Below, piece by piece: positions 12,287 to 25,539 of a DNA stretch of 64,000 nucleotides. Position 1 is the stretch's first letter; each line of letters begins with the position of its first letter. Position numbers and translations under genes: made by a program. The notes beneath the pieces were generated by a model that did no database searches, was not told the origin of the DNA, and worked only from the letters and a program-made list of their open reading frames with translations. This DNA comes from Psammoneis japonica (lineage: Eukaryota). The DNA is taken from assembly GCA_008632985.1 (NCBI GenBank), contig QPGO01000234.1, positions 1 to 64,000 on the forward strand. The letters are read 5' to 3'.

Positions 12287-13321
12287 TTAAATGTAAAACT
12301 TGGTAATGGCATCGTTGAAACCCTCCAAAAGCTTTGTGACACCCAAATCCGACATTACACTGGAATAATCGGTCGGTTCAAAATCATTAGACTCTTTTCC
12401 GTATACAAAAACCTTTCCATCTTGGTCCCGTGATATGCGAATTGAATCATCCAAGTATGTCGTTGTAAAGACTGGACGGGGATTGGTGTAGCCGCTGACA
12501 TTATCTTCGAGGAAGGAACCGAGGTCTCGTGATCCCAGTTTCAATCCACCATCCAGCACTTGTCGTAGCAAAGGAATGTTGGAACCCTTGATTTCTACGG
12601 TATCCATGAATATCTCCCAGGCATCACCGTTGTCTACTGACTCGATGTCTGCAGAGCTCACAATGGCTCCTTCAATAGTGCCCGGAAGACCGCCCGAGTA
12701 TCGAAAAGGTGTATAGTCTGAAAGGAATGGAACAGCTCCGACCTTGACTTCAAATTCGGAAATCATTCTACCAGAAGGCCTAATGATTTGACGAACCGCA
12801 CCAATGTTGCTGATGGCCAATGCCGCACGATGCATATCACAGAACCAATCATATTGCTCGGCTTGTTCCTCTGTCTCACAGACAGCCCGACCAGCCATGA
12901 AAAATGGGGAAGATCGAAACAGTTGGGTTGACGAATACAGCAATTCCCAACGTCCATTGATCAATGGAGAATCGGTAGGATTGGGAGTAGGATTCATGGA
13001 TTCGAGTTGCGAAATGAGAGATGCTGCTTCCTCCTTTTGAAATTCTGTCGCAAACTCTCCACGTCCGGTGCTGGATGCGATTCGGAGCAATCCACTCAAA
13101 ATAGATGGCTTGTCTTCCACAGGCACCGTGTCGATCACTTCTTTGGAAGAATCAGCTACTGGAGAATCATCGTTGTCTTCTACCGCCGGTGCAGATTCTG
13201 CTACGTCCGCGGTGGAGGACATTGAAAGGCTGTGGCGATAGCTTCGCGGTGCATGGTGGACAAACCCAAGCACACTTGGGCTGGCGAGAAGGAATAGGAG
13301 AGACTGGAAACTGGTCTTCAT
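12287..13321 (-). CDS. PAP/fibrillin family plastid lipid-associated protein
   Basis: Signal peptide ending VLG-F. Fibrillin motifs LESMNPTPNP, LINGRWELLYSS, TTYLDDSIRISR. Confidence 0.9.
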   Translation of the reverse strand: MKTSFQSLLFLLASPSVLGFVHHAPRSYRHSLSMSSTADVAESAPAVEDNDDSPVADSSKEVIDTVPVEDKPSILSGLLRIASSTGRGEFATEFQKEEAASLISQLESMNPTPNPTDSPLINGRWELLYSSTQLFRSSPFFMAGRAVCETEEQAEQYDWFCDMHRAALAISNIGAVRQIIRPSGRMISEFEVKVGAVPFLSDYTPFRYSGGLPGTIEGAIVSSADIESVDNGDAWEIFMDTVEIKGSNIPLLRQVLDGGLKLGSRDLGSFLEDNVSGYTNPRPVFTTTYLDDSIRISRDQDGKVFVYGKESNDFEPTDYSSVMSDLGVTKLLEGFNDAITKFYI

Positions 13322-13636
13322 TGTGCTTGCGAGCGAGCGTAGTATGAAATTGTTGGAGAAGGAAAGGGATTCGATCGGAAGACGACGAACGCTTTTCGTT
13401 ATGCTTCTGCCGTTCGTTCCCAGCCGTGTGACTCAGCAAAAATGTGAGCCGCATCGCCTCACTTTCGCGGGGGGGGAGCGACCACGTCAGCACGCACGAC
13501 ACAAGCTGGAAGCGAAAATTGCACACCCATTTTTATGACAAACAGACATTGTCACTTTTCTGACTTTTTTTCTTTTTCCCGCCAGATCAGTGTGGGCGAA
13601 GTGAGAAAGTGTTTTCACCATTGTTCATAGGCGACA

Positions 13637-14407
13637 ATGATGATGCAACTGACTAATCGATTACTTCGAACTACGACCGTTCTGTCTCTTGTGGTTCCGA
13701 TTGCCTCCTTTCATGGAATGGCTTTTAGTAGGTCGCTCAAATGCAGCGGCAAAACTAGTTTCAACTTGGGAAAGCCTCGCTTCTTGTCAGCGTCGCAAGA
13801 CCAAGATATTGTTCCGACCATTGAACAACTGGAGTCCGATGGTTTTATGAAACAAGTGGGATACTCAAAGGGGATAGTTGACCTTTTGCAGCAGAGTGAA
13901 AATCAACAAGATGGTCCGGAGATGCTCTCAAAACGCCTTCGCGCTCAACTCTCACACGCGGACGGCATTCGAGGTTTCATGGTTACATACTTGACTTCCA
14001 AAGGAGAAAATGAATCATTGGAAACTCCTGCAGTTCTAGTTGACTCGATTCTACACGAAATTGATGTAAAGAATGACAGCAATGAACTGGTGGCACTCAT
14101 GTGCATGAATGTCATCATGCCGACAGCCATGGTGACCATGCACGAGAATGAGGAATTGTCCAAACAGTCTGCTTGGACGGCCTCTCGCGCTACGGCTCTT
14201 ATGAAGAACGTTCTTGACAAAGCTGATGACGATATTCGAGAGGTGGTAGCCAAAGAATGTGAATCCATATTGACTGTAACGCAAGAAGCCACGCCCGAAG
14301 GCGACGACGCGGCACTTCGATACTGGAGAGAGTTTTTTGAAAAGTGGGGATACAAGGAAACACAACGAGAAGATATTGCGAGTGCCGTGCGTTCTGTACT
14401 GAGCTAA
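13637..14407 (+). CDS. Hypothetical protein, probably plastid-targeted
   Basis: 256-aa ORF with signal-like N-terminus ending IAS-F and normal codon composition. Confidence 0.7.
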   Translation: MMMQLTNRLLRTTTVLSLVVPIASFHGMAFSRSLKCSGKTSFNLGKPRFLSASQDQDIVPTIEQLESDGFMKQVGYSKGIVDLLQQSENQQDGPEMLSKRLRAQLSHADGIRGFMVTYLTSKGENESLETPAVLVDSILHEIDVKNDSNELVALMCMNVIMPTAMVTMHENEELSKQSAWTASRATALMKNVLDKADDDIREVVAKECESILTVTQEATPEGDDAALRYWREFFEKWGYKETQREDIASAVRSVLS

Positions 14408-14598
14408 TGATTTCTATGACACCTTTAGGCACAGAGATCACACGTTCAGCGATCAATTTCAATGTTTGGTACAACACAGCACCCACCAATGCTAGAGACA
14501 TAATTTATGCAACAGATACAACAGTACTCATCCTTGTATTCTGTGATAAGGAATTAGGGAACTCCTCTGTGATCTTGTTTGTTCCATTGTGTTTCCTT

Positions 14599-16074
14599 TT
14601 ATGAACTTGTTGCAATGCCATTGTCGCTCGCGTGGCTTTTGGGTGCCTTGGCTCCGTGGAGGGATCCCGCTTTGATGTTTTGTTTCTTGTGGGTAATCTT
14701 GTCTTGCACTTCCCCCAAAATTCCACTCACCGCCACCGCGACACCGGCCCATCCCTGTGCTGGCAACACGTGTCCCTTGAGCACAATACTCAGCAATACG
14801 GAAAAGATTTTTCGCGTAGTCGTAACAGTAGAGCAAACCAGGGGATCAAAGTGTGCCACAGTGTAAAAGATAAAGGACTGTCCAATTGCACTGCAGATGC
14901 TAAACCGAATGACAAGTCCCATGACGATTGGGTTTTCGGCAAAGAATTCAAGACCCGACGAAATTTCCCCAAACAACAACGAGACAACACAGGCTACCAC
15001 CATCATGGAGAGATTTGTAAAGAGCATAAAGTCATAGGGTGTCGGATGCATGTTGCGGCTACCCAAATCCTGTTTGAGGCGTTTTTGAATCCCACCCGTC
15101 ACGCCGTCCATGGCTAAGGAAATGAGAATGCACGCAACACCCAGTGGCGTTGACTGGGAAGGACCAGATTTCTAAGAGATATACACAGAAACGAGCGTTA
15201 GAAACGCGCAAGATATTACATGATAATACAACAGACACTCTTTGTTGTCATACCTTTTTCGACATGGAAAGCATGACTGTCCCTGCAATAATGGCTGCCA
15301 CTTGAACATACTCTCGTGTCGAGTATTCCGCTCCGCCCAACACTAGTTGTCCAGCCATGACAGGAGCCATCTTTGCAGACTTGGCCAAGGTTGCCACTGG
15401 AAAGCTCAATCCCTTGGCGAGTGCTAAGGACGTGAATGCCTTGGAAGACACTTGTGTTGCTCCCGTGACAAAAAAGAGCCGCAGTGGCAGTCCTTTCTTA
15501 CCACCCGCCAGCTTTCGTCCCGCAATTCCCACCAGCACATTCGCCATGGCTTCCAAGAATTGCAAAAACCAAGCCTGTTGAAAGGAATCACCGCTGGGGG
15601 ACTTGAAACGAAACACATCTTCTTGAAGTGAACCATAATAAATAAATGCCACGTATATACCACCGGCGCCCCAGAGAAACTTGAGATAATCGCTCGTTCG
15701 CGGTCCTGCGTGTTGTTGTTGGGCGTTCGATTCTGTCGGATAGAGGTAGTTTTAAGTTCACAATTAAAAGTAAGAACAACTCAGAAATCAATAAAACGCA
15801 ACTCAGTTTCAACCTAATGCTCCATTGTAGAGAACAGGGGTTCTACAGCAACACAATTTGAAATAGTACGCATCTTCTATCACTCACCTAAATCCTCTTC
15901 CAGAGGATAAATTAGATCACTGCTATTGTTGTTATTGTTAACGTCAGCTCCATCTGTGGACAGCATCGGTTGCATTTCCTCATTATGATGCCTTCGCTTC
16001 ATATCGTCCGACGCCATTGTGCTCGTCGAGTCTACGTCACTCGAGCTCGCTGCTCCTGTCATCAAGGAGGCCAT
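14599..16074 (-). CDS. UAA-family nucleotide-sugar transporter (SLC35B1/UDP-galactose transporter-like), 3 exons
   Basis: Exons 16074-15888, 15732-15254 and 15171-14599 with GT-AG introns. Motifs YGSLQE, FPVATLAKSAKMAPVM, SAIGQSFIF, STVTTTRKIFSVLLS. Confidence 0.88.
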
Positions 16075-16425
16075 GGTGGCGGCAGTGTGCTGTGAGTTTT
16101 TCGCTGTGTGGAGAGTCATTTCAAAGGGCAATAGATAGAATTTTTGCATTTTTTAGGCTCAACGCACCGAATTTAATACGACATACACTTACAAATAATA
16201 TATTTTAAAAATATCCGTTAAACTATTAATATATAGTTATTATTAACTTAATGTATATAATAATGAATTATCTTCAAATATGTAAGAAAACATATTTTGT
16301 CTGTCTGTGTAGTACTCGTGTCTGACTGATCCTGGAGAAGGCACGCGAAGCTCATCGAAAACAGAAAATCGTCTGCTTTTGCTCTCTGCTTTCACAAAAT
16401 ATTGCGATCCAACAAAGAAGACACC

Positions 16426-17279
16426 ATGGCGCCTCTACGTGCCGCTCCCACCCGCGGTCCCTCCCTCCCGCCTCTTATTCACTCGACAGAAACCCCCATT
16501 AATCAAAAGATTACTGCTGACGCGATTGATCATGGTGTAACAGAGGCACCATACGAGCGTGGCTTTTCTCCTTACGAGTTCAATGGCGGAACGACATTGG
16601 CCATTGCTGGACCGGATTATGCCATTGTCGCGGCCGATACCAGGCTGAGCAGTGGGTATGAGATTTTGTCGAGAAAGGTCAGCAAGCTTCACGCCCTTAC
16701 GGACCATTGTATCCTTGGAAGTGCCGGTTGTAAGACCGATGTCGATCAGCTGCGATCTGTGTTGGACATCAAAATGAAGGTGAGATTGAATAAGAAAATT
16801 TGAATTTTTATTTATTTCGAATACAACATTCTCACTATTTCTTTATTCCATTTGTCCAGATCTATCAACACAACCATCGCAAGAAAATGACAACGCCCTC
16901 GGTCGCTCAAATGCTCAGCAACACTCTTTATTACAAGAGATTCTTTCCGTATTATGCATTCAATGTCTTGGCGGGAATTGACGCAGAAGGCAAGGGCGCT
17001 GTCTACTCGTACGATGCGATTGGATCCTTTGAACGGACTCCCGTCACCGCCACCGGGAGCGGTCAAGCCTATGTCATTCCACTCTTGGACAATGTCATTG
17101 CGCACAAAAACCGCAACGACGAAAAGCGGGAATTGCCAGCCGAAGAAGTGGTGGAGATTGTCAAGGATTGCTTTGTGACGGCCGGAGAGCGAGACATTTA
17201 TACAGGGGATGCTGTGGAGATTAGTGTCATTACCAAGGATGGCATTCAAACAACCACGTTCAACCTAAAGGCGGACTAG
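16426..17279 (+). CDS. PSMB1: 20S proteasome subunit beta type-1 (beta6), 2 exons
   Basis: Motifs [46 protein letters not shown]. Intron 16780-16859. Confidence 0.95.
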
Positions 17280-17606
17280 AGGAACAACACGAATGTGCAA
17301 TAGGAGATGTACGCGATGTAGTGATTAGAAAGTCTGCTATAATGTTACCTTATACTTGTACATGCCTGATTTGTTGCGTGAATCCTTGTGTTGTGAATCA
17401 GTGCGGATATTGTAAATTGAAGACGCAGTACTGCCACAAAGGGCTTCTCAAGTTAGTGCGTTTCTTCCTTTATTGCTTCTGAAGATTCTGTGATGGATCC
17501 GTCTCTCCCCTCCAGATGCGCTACAGTACGTAGAGCCCGCCGGAAACACATTCAAAACGAAAGCAAACTTGACTGCTACGTCGTACCGGACAAATCACAT
17601 ATCAGC

Positions 17607-18003
17607 TTATTTCTTGTCATCATCGGGTTGTTGTGTTTCTCCTACCTGTTGTTCATGATAATTGTTCATGGCCTTGGACATTTTCGCATCCTTGCTTCCG
17701 CTCTCAAACAACATGTAATTTGCTAGAGCTCGTACCGCGTTGGATTTCAGCGCTTCGATCTTTTCAGGATCCGTTTCTGCTTTTCCTTTTCGGAATTCAC
17801 CCCGTACCATGGTCTGCAAGGCAATTGCTTTGGGAGAATGTCCCGGTGCTACATGCTTTACCAGTCGAAGACAATCGCGATATAGCTGCGCAGTTGAGAA
17901 AACGAGAAAAAAGTGAGCGCCACGCATCCCTGTTTGAATCTGCTGCACAAAGGCCAAATCTTACCTGAAGAGCAGTACGTTGAACAGGAGCGGGACCAGA
18001 CAT
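17607..18003 (-). CDS. LYR-motif (Complex I LYR family) protein, 2 exons
   Basis: MSGPAPVQRTALQ spliced (intron 17964-17886) to LYRDCLRL...VRGEFRK..ETDPEKIE. Confidence 0.85.
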
Positions 18004-18405
18004 GTTGGTTATGCTACAGACCGATGCATCCAACGTCGATTTTGCTAATAAGAGACGCTAAAAAAGCCTCGTGGTGGAAACTTCGCTTTTTTTTTTTGCG
18101 GTTGCAACGCGCAACGCTCGGTCTGGCACTCATCCGTGTCGGCGGCAGTTTTTTCCATCCACGAGCCAGTAACAACCGCGACCACTAACCACGATTGACC
18201 ACACGTGGAGGTCGGAGGACCAACAACCGCACCACGATTAGCCATCACAACAACACACCGAACACGACACACAACCCATCAATCTTTGCGAACCCACCAA
18301 TCACTTCCAAAAACATCGTTACGAAACATCCAGAGTAGCAGTGTAAGATTGAGATTTTTGTATCTTATAAGAGAAAGTACATACACAAAAGAACTTGCAA
18401 GCACC

Positions 18406-20201
18406 ATGGAGACAAACAGAAGAAATACAAAGAAACAACAACGACGATCATTATGGCGTGAATCACTGTTTGTCATTGCTATCTGTAGTATGTTGCCACA
18501 TGCGCGGTACCGTCCATTTTCTCCAGTAAGCGCAAAATCAACACAGGAACCGAGATTGCTGACACCCGAACGACACATCGCTCCACCACTGGCTGGGAAT
18601 TTTGATTTTCGAGGAGGCGCCATTACAAAAAAGGGAAAACATTTCAAGAGTTTCGAGCGAGTCGTACATACGCCAGTAGTCAAGACAACAGCTGAGATTG
18701 AGGAAGAGGAGCAGCACAAACGGCTAATGTTGTTGATTCGAGTCTTGTTCCTCTCTTACTACGCATCACTGGGATCACTCATGCCGTATCTGCCAGTCTA
18801 CTATCATTCCTTGGGGCACGGTGGTCTCATTATTGGCATGCTGGGAGCACTTAAACCCATGACAACCTTTCTTGTGGCACCCTTTTGGGGAATCTTGTCA
18901 GACCGCATGGTGAACCAAAAGTTTTTGATTCTCAAATGTACCTTTTTGGTGTCGCTCCTTGGTCAATTGTTGGTGGCTATGCGACACGACGTTCATTTCC
19001 TGGTAGCCATGACGCTGGTGACTGCCTTTATGAATGCTCCAGTCAAGAGTTTGATCGATTCCATGGTTATGGATCATTTGAGTGAACAAGACAAGAGTCA
19101 GTATGGACGATTGCGGCTGTGGGGACAATTGGGCTTTGGACTCGGAAGCAGTGGAGTCGGAATGCTGCTTCATCGATCGTCCGGGATATCTGTGGACATG
19201 CCCTCTATGGCTCCTTCAAAAGATCGGGTCGAATATGCCATGACCTGGATTTCCACCTATGTGATGCACTTTTGGAATAATCTGACAGGGTACAAACTGC
19301 TCTTTACGACGTACGCATGTCTTTCCATCCCTACGTGGCTCTGTCTCAAGGCCTTTCAACGAATGGACGAAGAGAAAGCAACAAGGAAAAAGCTATTTGG
19401 TCATGAAGTGGCTGTCAAGACAGTCAAGAAGAAAGAGGGTGCACATATATTGGAGGGACTGTCATTGTTGTTGCACAATAGCGATGCGCTGCTTTTCTTC
19501 TTTTTGGTATTTGTTGTTGGCGTCTCGAGTGGTTGCATTGAAAACTTTGCGTATGTTCGAATGCGTGAGGTTGGAGGCTCCGGCAAAGAGATGGGCCTAT
19601 CTCGTCTTGTATCGAGTGCGGCTGGTGCTCCCATGTTTTGGTTCTCGGGTCCCCTGACGAAAAGGTTGGGAGCCGACCGCGTCTTGGTTCTCAGTCTCCT
19701 TAGCTATGTCGTTCGATTTCTAATTTATGCCTTTATGAGAAGTCCATATCAAGGCCTACCTGCTGAAGCTCTACGTGGGTTGACATTTGCAGCCTTTTGG
19801 AGTACCGGCACTATCTATGCTCATCGGATAAGTCCCGAAGGAATGGGTGCTACAATGGTGAGTGTTTTGAATATGGTGACGAAGCATTCGTACCAGTAGG
19901 TTTTGCGCATTCTTTTCTCTCTAACACTTTTGTTTACCCTGATCGTTGACGAACGCATCACCGATAGCTCATGTTCTTGAATGCCATGTATGGTGGCTTG
20001 GGCCAGTCTCTTGGCGCACTCATTGGAGGAAAGCTGCAGCATAAGTTTGGAACAGTCGCGACGTTTCTGTACGCAGCGGGATTCGATGTTAGCTTTGTTG
20101 GATTCGTTCTGTTCTACTTGCGGGTGAGAAAGACCTCTAGCTTCCGTGATCCACAACCAATTACTCACAGGCAAAACAAGGATCTTGCAAAGAGTCATTG
20201 A
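18406..20201 (+). CDS. MFS transporter (MFSD6/MFS_1-like), 2 exons
   Basis: Motifs PYLPVYY, APFWGILSDR, YGRLRLWGQLG, EALRGLTFA. Intron 19858-19967. Confidence 0.88.
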
Positions 20202-20370
20202 CGTGCTGACCTGTTACTGAAACAATGGGAGTCCTTTGTCATTTGACGCTAGACGAGTCAGCTACTTCTGCTCTTAGGGCAATGCGCTTCGAGCATTGAA
20301 AAAACAGGGCAAACCGAAAATAATGTTCATAATTAAGATCCAAAGCTAACGCAACAAGCTTGACGAATCT

Positions 20371-21906
20371 TCACATTAATGTTATCGTTCGCTCTTGCGC
20401 ACTGTCGTCATTAATGGCTTGTAACTCGGTGTAGTTCTCATCGTCTTCATTCGACGAGCTCTTTCGAGACACATATTTCCAGAAGACCGTCAATAGAACA
20501 GGAGAGCTGGCGGTTGTAAGACCAATGATGAGCCACATGGTCTTACTGCTTCTCTCGCCCTCTTCAGGGCAGTATTTCTGAAGCAGGAATCCACTCATGA
20601 AGCCGACGGGAAGTTTCGCAAGGAAAAGTGGCGCACTACTTAACGCCATATAGGTACCCTCACGTCCCTCTCTACACACAGACATTGTGTAGTCATAAAG
20701 TCGTGGGCTCCAAATAGCTTCACCGATTGACAGGAAAATCACAAACAGGACGCAGCTTGGAATGCTGGTTGACGCAGCAAGGAAAAAGACGCTTCCTGCC
20801 GAGACATAGCTTCCATGATGAATCATGACCAATGGATCAAGCTTCGATGTAGCTGCTGTAATTATTGGAACCAGAATAATAATCATGGCCGGGTTGATCG
20901 AATATATGGTACCCTTGGGCGTGTCTTCCCCGAACTCACGAACCATGTACTTCGGCAATGTCGCATCCAGGTGTCGAAAGATCATTCTGACGTTCAAAGT
21001 AATGAGGCAGACCACCAAAAACCTCCAAAAGTCGCTCGATCTCAACGTTTCCTGAAGAATCTCCTTTGCACTACCTCGAACCGGTTGAAACTCACGCGTG
21101 CCATCCGCATCTGGCAATTGATTTGTCACACCCTCCATGGCTGCTTCTTCTTGCTCTCCGATGGCCGCTGGTGGTGCTTCAGTCCCAACCACCTTGATTT
21201 CACGTACAGTTTGTGCTATTCCACATGCAGCTACATTAGAAGCAATTCCTGTGAGCACAATCAATCGGTAGCTTGAAAGAGACCACACTCCCGGCTCTGA
21301 TTCAGCACCTCCATCCTTGTATAAGATGGTGCTCATATCCACAACAGGTCCAGACAGGAGAGCGGCAACATTCATAATGACATAGAATAACCCGAATGCA
21401 AAGCCTCGGTTTGATTCTGTAGTATATCTTCTTATTCCGGTGGTTAGCACCGGGATACCAAGGCAATTTCCGAAGGAAAGGATGCACATTGAAATCAGCA
21501 GCAAAGCTTTGGACGTTGTTACAAAAATCATGCATCTCGCTAGGAGCGACAGGCCAAAGCCCAATCGGAGCGACGTTGCTACACCAAGATTGTCAATAAC
21601 AAAGCCAGTCAGCAACCCAAAAATCGTCACAAGCGCACCCCATGCACCGTATATTGTTCCCGCTTGCACGTCGCTAAACCCAAAGTCCGCACTGAGGAAC
21701 AGCGTGAAGATTAAACTGAAGCTGAAGTAGGAATAGCTATCCAGAAACTTGAGAACATACGCCTTCCAAAGCTCCACAGGACTGCCTCTCAACGCATAAA
21801 AACCATTAGTCACCTTGAAAATGAGACCTCTGATGTAACCAACGCGTATGCGATGTGAATCTTCATCGACTTCAGAAGGCGAGCCATAGAGGGGGTCGGC
21901 ATTCAT
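20371..21906 (-). CDS. MFS/POT-like (proton-dependent oligopeptide) transporter
   Basis: 511-aa multi-TM ORF with GFAFGLFYVIMNVAA, SINPAMII, SIGEAIWSPR, EGTYMAL. Confidence 0.82.
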   Translation of the reverse strand: MNADPLYGSPSEVDEDSHRIRVGYIRGLIFKVTNGFYALRGSPVELWKAYVLKFLDSYSYFSFSLIFTLFLSADFGFSDVQAGTIYGAWGALVTIFGLLTGFVIDNLGVATSLRLGFGLSLLARCMIFVTTSKALLLISMCILSFGNCLGIPVLTTGIRRYTTESNRGFAFGLFYVIMNVAALLSGPVVDMSTILYKDGGAESEPGVWSLSSYRLIVLTGIASNVAACGIAQTVREIKVVGTEAPPAAIGEQEEAAMEGVTNQLPDADGTREFQPVRGSAKEILQETLRSSDFWRFLVVCLITLNVRMIFRHLDATLPKYMVREFGEDTPKGTIYSINPAMIIILVPIITAATSKLDPLVMIHHGSYVSAGSVFFLAASTSIPSCVLFVIFLSIGEAIWSPRLYDYTMSVCREGREGTYMALSSAPLFLAKLPVGFMSGFLLQKYCPEEGERSSKTMWLIIGLTTASSPVLLTVFWKYVSRKSSSNEDDENYTELQAINDDSAQERTITLM

Positions 21907-22349
21907 GGTTTGTAAGCTCGCGGTGAGTGACGGCCCGGATCGATCACATCAGATCATCATCGTCATCGTCAATTTTTGTACAAACAACACACACAACAAA
22001 ACGGGCGGATGGACGTACGAACGTGAGAAGGGAGAAGCATACAAGCCCGAAATCAATAAAAAATGGAATGCGGCATTTTGAAGGATGCATGCTATTTCGA
22101 ATGACTCATTTCCCAGTCGCGGTGCGACCAAGCAAAGATACCCCGTACATTTCTACGTTGCTTTCTACACGTGGACCCTTCTCAGTTCAACTTGGGATTC
22201 ACTGGCATTCGTTCGCATCGTCATCCATCACGATCACGCTCACACACGAGAACACACGGGAGAACGAGAGGACCAACGACAACCGCAACTGTCGGGCATT
22301 CTTCAAATCCACACTTCTTCCGTTCGGTTCACACGTACTTAGCTGCACG

Positions 22350-23062
22350 ATGAAGCTTGCTGCGGTCTTTGTCTCCCTTTTTGCTACGGCATCTGCCTTT
22401 GCTCCTGCCAGCAATGTTGCCTCCAAGTCTGCGTTGAACGCGGTCGACCCTAAGAAGGAAGTTGGAGTGCTCCCGCCTGTTGGATTCCTCGAGTACGTGT
22501 TCTGTGCTCTAGACCTTCCGTACATCAAGCGATGATGTTGTGTTTTGATTTGAAAATGCTGATCTGATTTCGTATTTCTCTTTTTTCTAGTCCCTTGGGT
22601 CTTATCCAGAATGGACCGTACGGTAGCCCGGAAGATAACTTTTTCCATTACCGATCTGTTGAGCTCAAGCATGGACGCATCGCCATGGCTGCGACCCTAG
22701 GACAGCTTGTGCAACAGAACTATCACTTTGACGGTTACCTTTCACCTAGCGAAAACATCATGTTCGCTGACGTTCCGAATGGCCTGGGTGCTCTCTCTGC
22801 TGTCCCACTCGCTGGATGGTGCCAAATCGCTGTTTTGATTGGAGCGCACGAACTTTTCGTCAAGCAACGAGAGGGAAGGAAGCCTGGTGACTTTGGTACT
22901 GGATACTTTGGTATTGCTATGGATGATCAATCTTCCAAGCAATTGAGAGCTCTCAATGTTGAAGTACAGAACGGGCGTCTTGCCATGTTGGGTATTTTGG
23001 GAATGATGGCCTCCGAAGTTATCCACGGGGTCCCACTTTACGAAACCCAGATCTTCAGTTAA
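22350..23062 (+). CDS. Fucoxanthin-chlorophyll a/c light-harvesting protein (LHC family), 2 exons
   Basis: ASAFAP plastid motif. GFLD/PLG spans intron 22493-22590. Motifs ELKHGRIAMAA and EVQNGRLAMLG. Subfamily not assigned. Confidence 0.95.
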
Positions 23063-23378
23063 ATCAATCATAATAAAACCAGTTTGAGTGCGTGGTGCCA
23101 CCTCGTTCTCAAAATTTTGATTCTGATACTCGATTACGATTCCTAGCTAGTTAGTGTTGTTTGTGTGCTTTTAAGGAATGGCAATATATAGCGCTGTTTG
23201 GACGAATGACGATGGGAACCATAAAAAAGTTGTTTGTCGGTAACGAAGGCAATTCTTATCTTCACTTTTTTCAATTTCAACCTTTTCGACTACAATTATA
23301 CTTCCAATTCTTATCATGGCGCTTTTTGTGCTCTCTCTGCTGTTGGAATCAACGGACAACGAGCGTGCAGATCTTTGT

Positions 23379-25057
23379 CTAGTAACCGCTACCAAATGGG
23401 CGAATACACAGAAACTTCCCACCCAAGCGAGTCTTGCATGCATCATCTTTCGCAGCCTTATATGACTTCTTGAGCTCATTAGCTTTAGCTCGAGCAGCTG
23501 CAGCTTGCTTTTCAACCTCCTACAGAAACGTCAAAAACAGGGGGGAAACATTAGACAAGCTCAAAACATCGAACTAAGAAACGTCACAAACACTGCAACA
23601 TGCCTTGGCATCCGCATCTGCGCTCTTGAAAGCTTCGTTCGCTTTGCGTGCACGTTCATCTCGCACTTCCTGGGGTTCAACGTCGTCAACTGGTGATGCT
23701 TTTCCACTACTTCCGCCAACATCACCGAAATCATACTCGCTAGTCGATGAGGGTTTCGGAAGCGAAGGAATAGAGGGAGCCGCCAACTTTGGAGCATCAA
23801 ACTTTGGCGCTGAAAAGGACGGGACGTCAACCTTGGGAGCGTCAATCTTTGGCACATCAAACTTAGGCTTTTCAATCTTTGGTAAATCAAACGAAGGCTT
23901 CTCGATCTTTGGCATATCAAACGAGGGCTTTTCAATCTTCGGCAATGATGGTGCTTCAAACTTAGGCAAATCAACCTTGGGTGCATCAGATGCTTTGGGG
24001 GCTTCAGGCAAGTCAAGCTTGGGTATGGAAAAAGATGGCATCTTTGGCATGTCTGGTGCCTTGATATCAGGTGTCGAGAGTGATGGCATTTCCGGTGCCT
24101 TGGAAGGAAGCGAAGGGAGAGATGGGAAATCAAGACCGCCAGAAGACTTTTCTGCCGCCTCTTCTTTTGCCGGTGCAGGGGCCGGAGCAGGAGCCTCTTC
24201 TTTCTTTGGAGGTGGCGCCTTTGCTTGTTTGGCCCGTTCGACCGCCTCGCGCTGCTTCTCCTTTTCGGCCGCAATGCGTGCAGCCTTCTCATCCGCCTTT
24301 TGCTTAATAGCTTCTTCTCGAGCCTTGGCAGCAGCTTCCTTCTCAGCCTTTGCAGCCTCATCCCGCGCTTTTCGTTCCGCAGCCTTAGCCTCCTTTTCCG
24401 CTTTTGCTGCAGCGGCCTTCTCCGCCTTGGCAGCTGCAGCAGCAGCTCCGTCGTCTTTTTTCTCCTCTTTGGATTCGGGCATTTTCAAGTCCCCAAATGG
24501 ATTAGAGAATGCTGGAGCAGAATCCTGTTTGCTCGGCGGAAGAGTTGTAGAACCAATAGAATCCGAATAGGATGGCAGAGAAAAGTCCAAGGTTTCGATA
24601 GCGTCAGAAAGCAATAGATTGGAGCCAGAGATTGCAGAAGTTGGTGATGTGCGAGGCACTGAAGTGAGAACCGAAGATTCTAGAGAAGCAGTATATCATT
24701 TTTCGGCGAAATACCAAGTACCGGAACAACGGAAACAGTCACAAAAATGTAAGCTAGAGGTGGGAACAAGGAAGCATTTCACAACTTACAAGCTTTCCAG
24801 CAAAGATCCATCAATCGTCAGTTCTCACCTTGAACGATAGCGACCGGTTGATCAACAGGAGCTGCGACGGCCCCCTGAGACGCAGCTGTCAATCCAACCA
24901 AAGCAATAGCCGCAGGTGACAGCCACCCGGCGACACCTTCATCTTTCTCCGCTGCCAACGACGATTTAACACCACTATGACGTTGAGGGGGAACAAAGGC
25001 AGCGACTCCACTCGCAGTGGCCAACACCGCAGTAAGGGCAAGAGGATTCAGCTTCAT
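23379..25057 (-). CDS. Multi-exon plastid-targeted low-complexity Ala/Lys/Pro-rich protein
   Basis: Signal ending VAA-F and a second hydrophobic stretch ending AVAA. The large exon carries an AKAEK-rich helix and PKFD/PKIE repeats. The last exon ends ACKTRLGGKFLCIRPFGSGY* at 23379. Exon structure is partly inferred. Confidence 0.7.
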
Positions 25058-25539
25058 TATTTATCGATGCAAGATCCACTGATGGGCCTGCGGATTAACA
25101 AGAGCACTGGCCGGCACTTGTACGTGATGGAGCTGGTCTATTTCAAGCTCACTGCTTTCTCTCTTGTGGCGATGGATCAACTGACACACATACGTGTTGT
25201 TGATCCTTCACATGATTTCCCGCCACAGCGGGAGCGAGATCCCTCACAAGATTCCCTTTCAACTTGACACCGCTGATGTCACCATATGTTTCCTACAGAA
25301 ACTCTTGTATGTAGAATCCAACGTGATTTACAGTATTGATGTCTGATCTTCGTACGCGATTGATTCGGTCTGTCGTGCATACGTGATTCCATGGATCCTT
25401 GATCCCATCGTCATCAAAGCTGTCAGTCGAAACCCCTCGATTGCGATAGTTTCAATGATGCCAAACCGGTTTCTCGTATCCGGGCTATCTATTGAGCTTA
25501 ACAAGTCATCAGATCTCCCACAGCTGCACCAAGTAGAAG

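Noticed and set aside
16185..16300. AT-rich tract as a possible centromere
   Set aside because: Only about 115 bp, lying between divergent genes; a bidirectional promoter region is sufficient explanation.
23605..24570. 321-aa antisense ORF
   Set aside because: It is the shadow of the low-complexity minus-strand exon.
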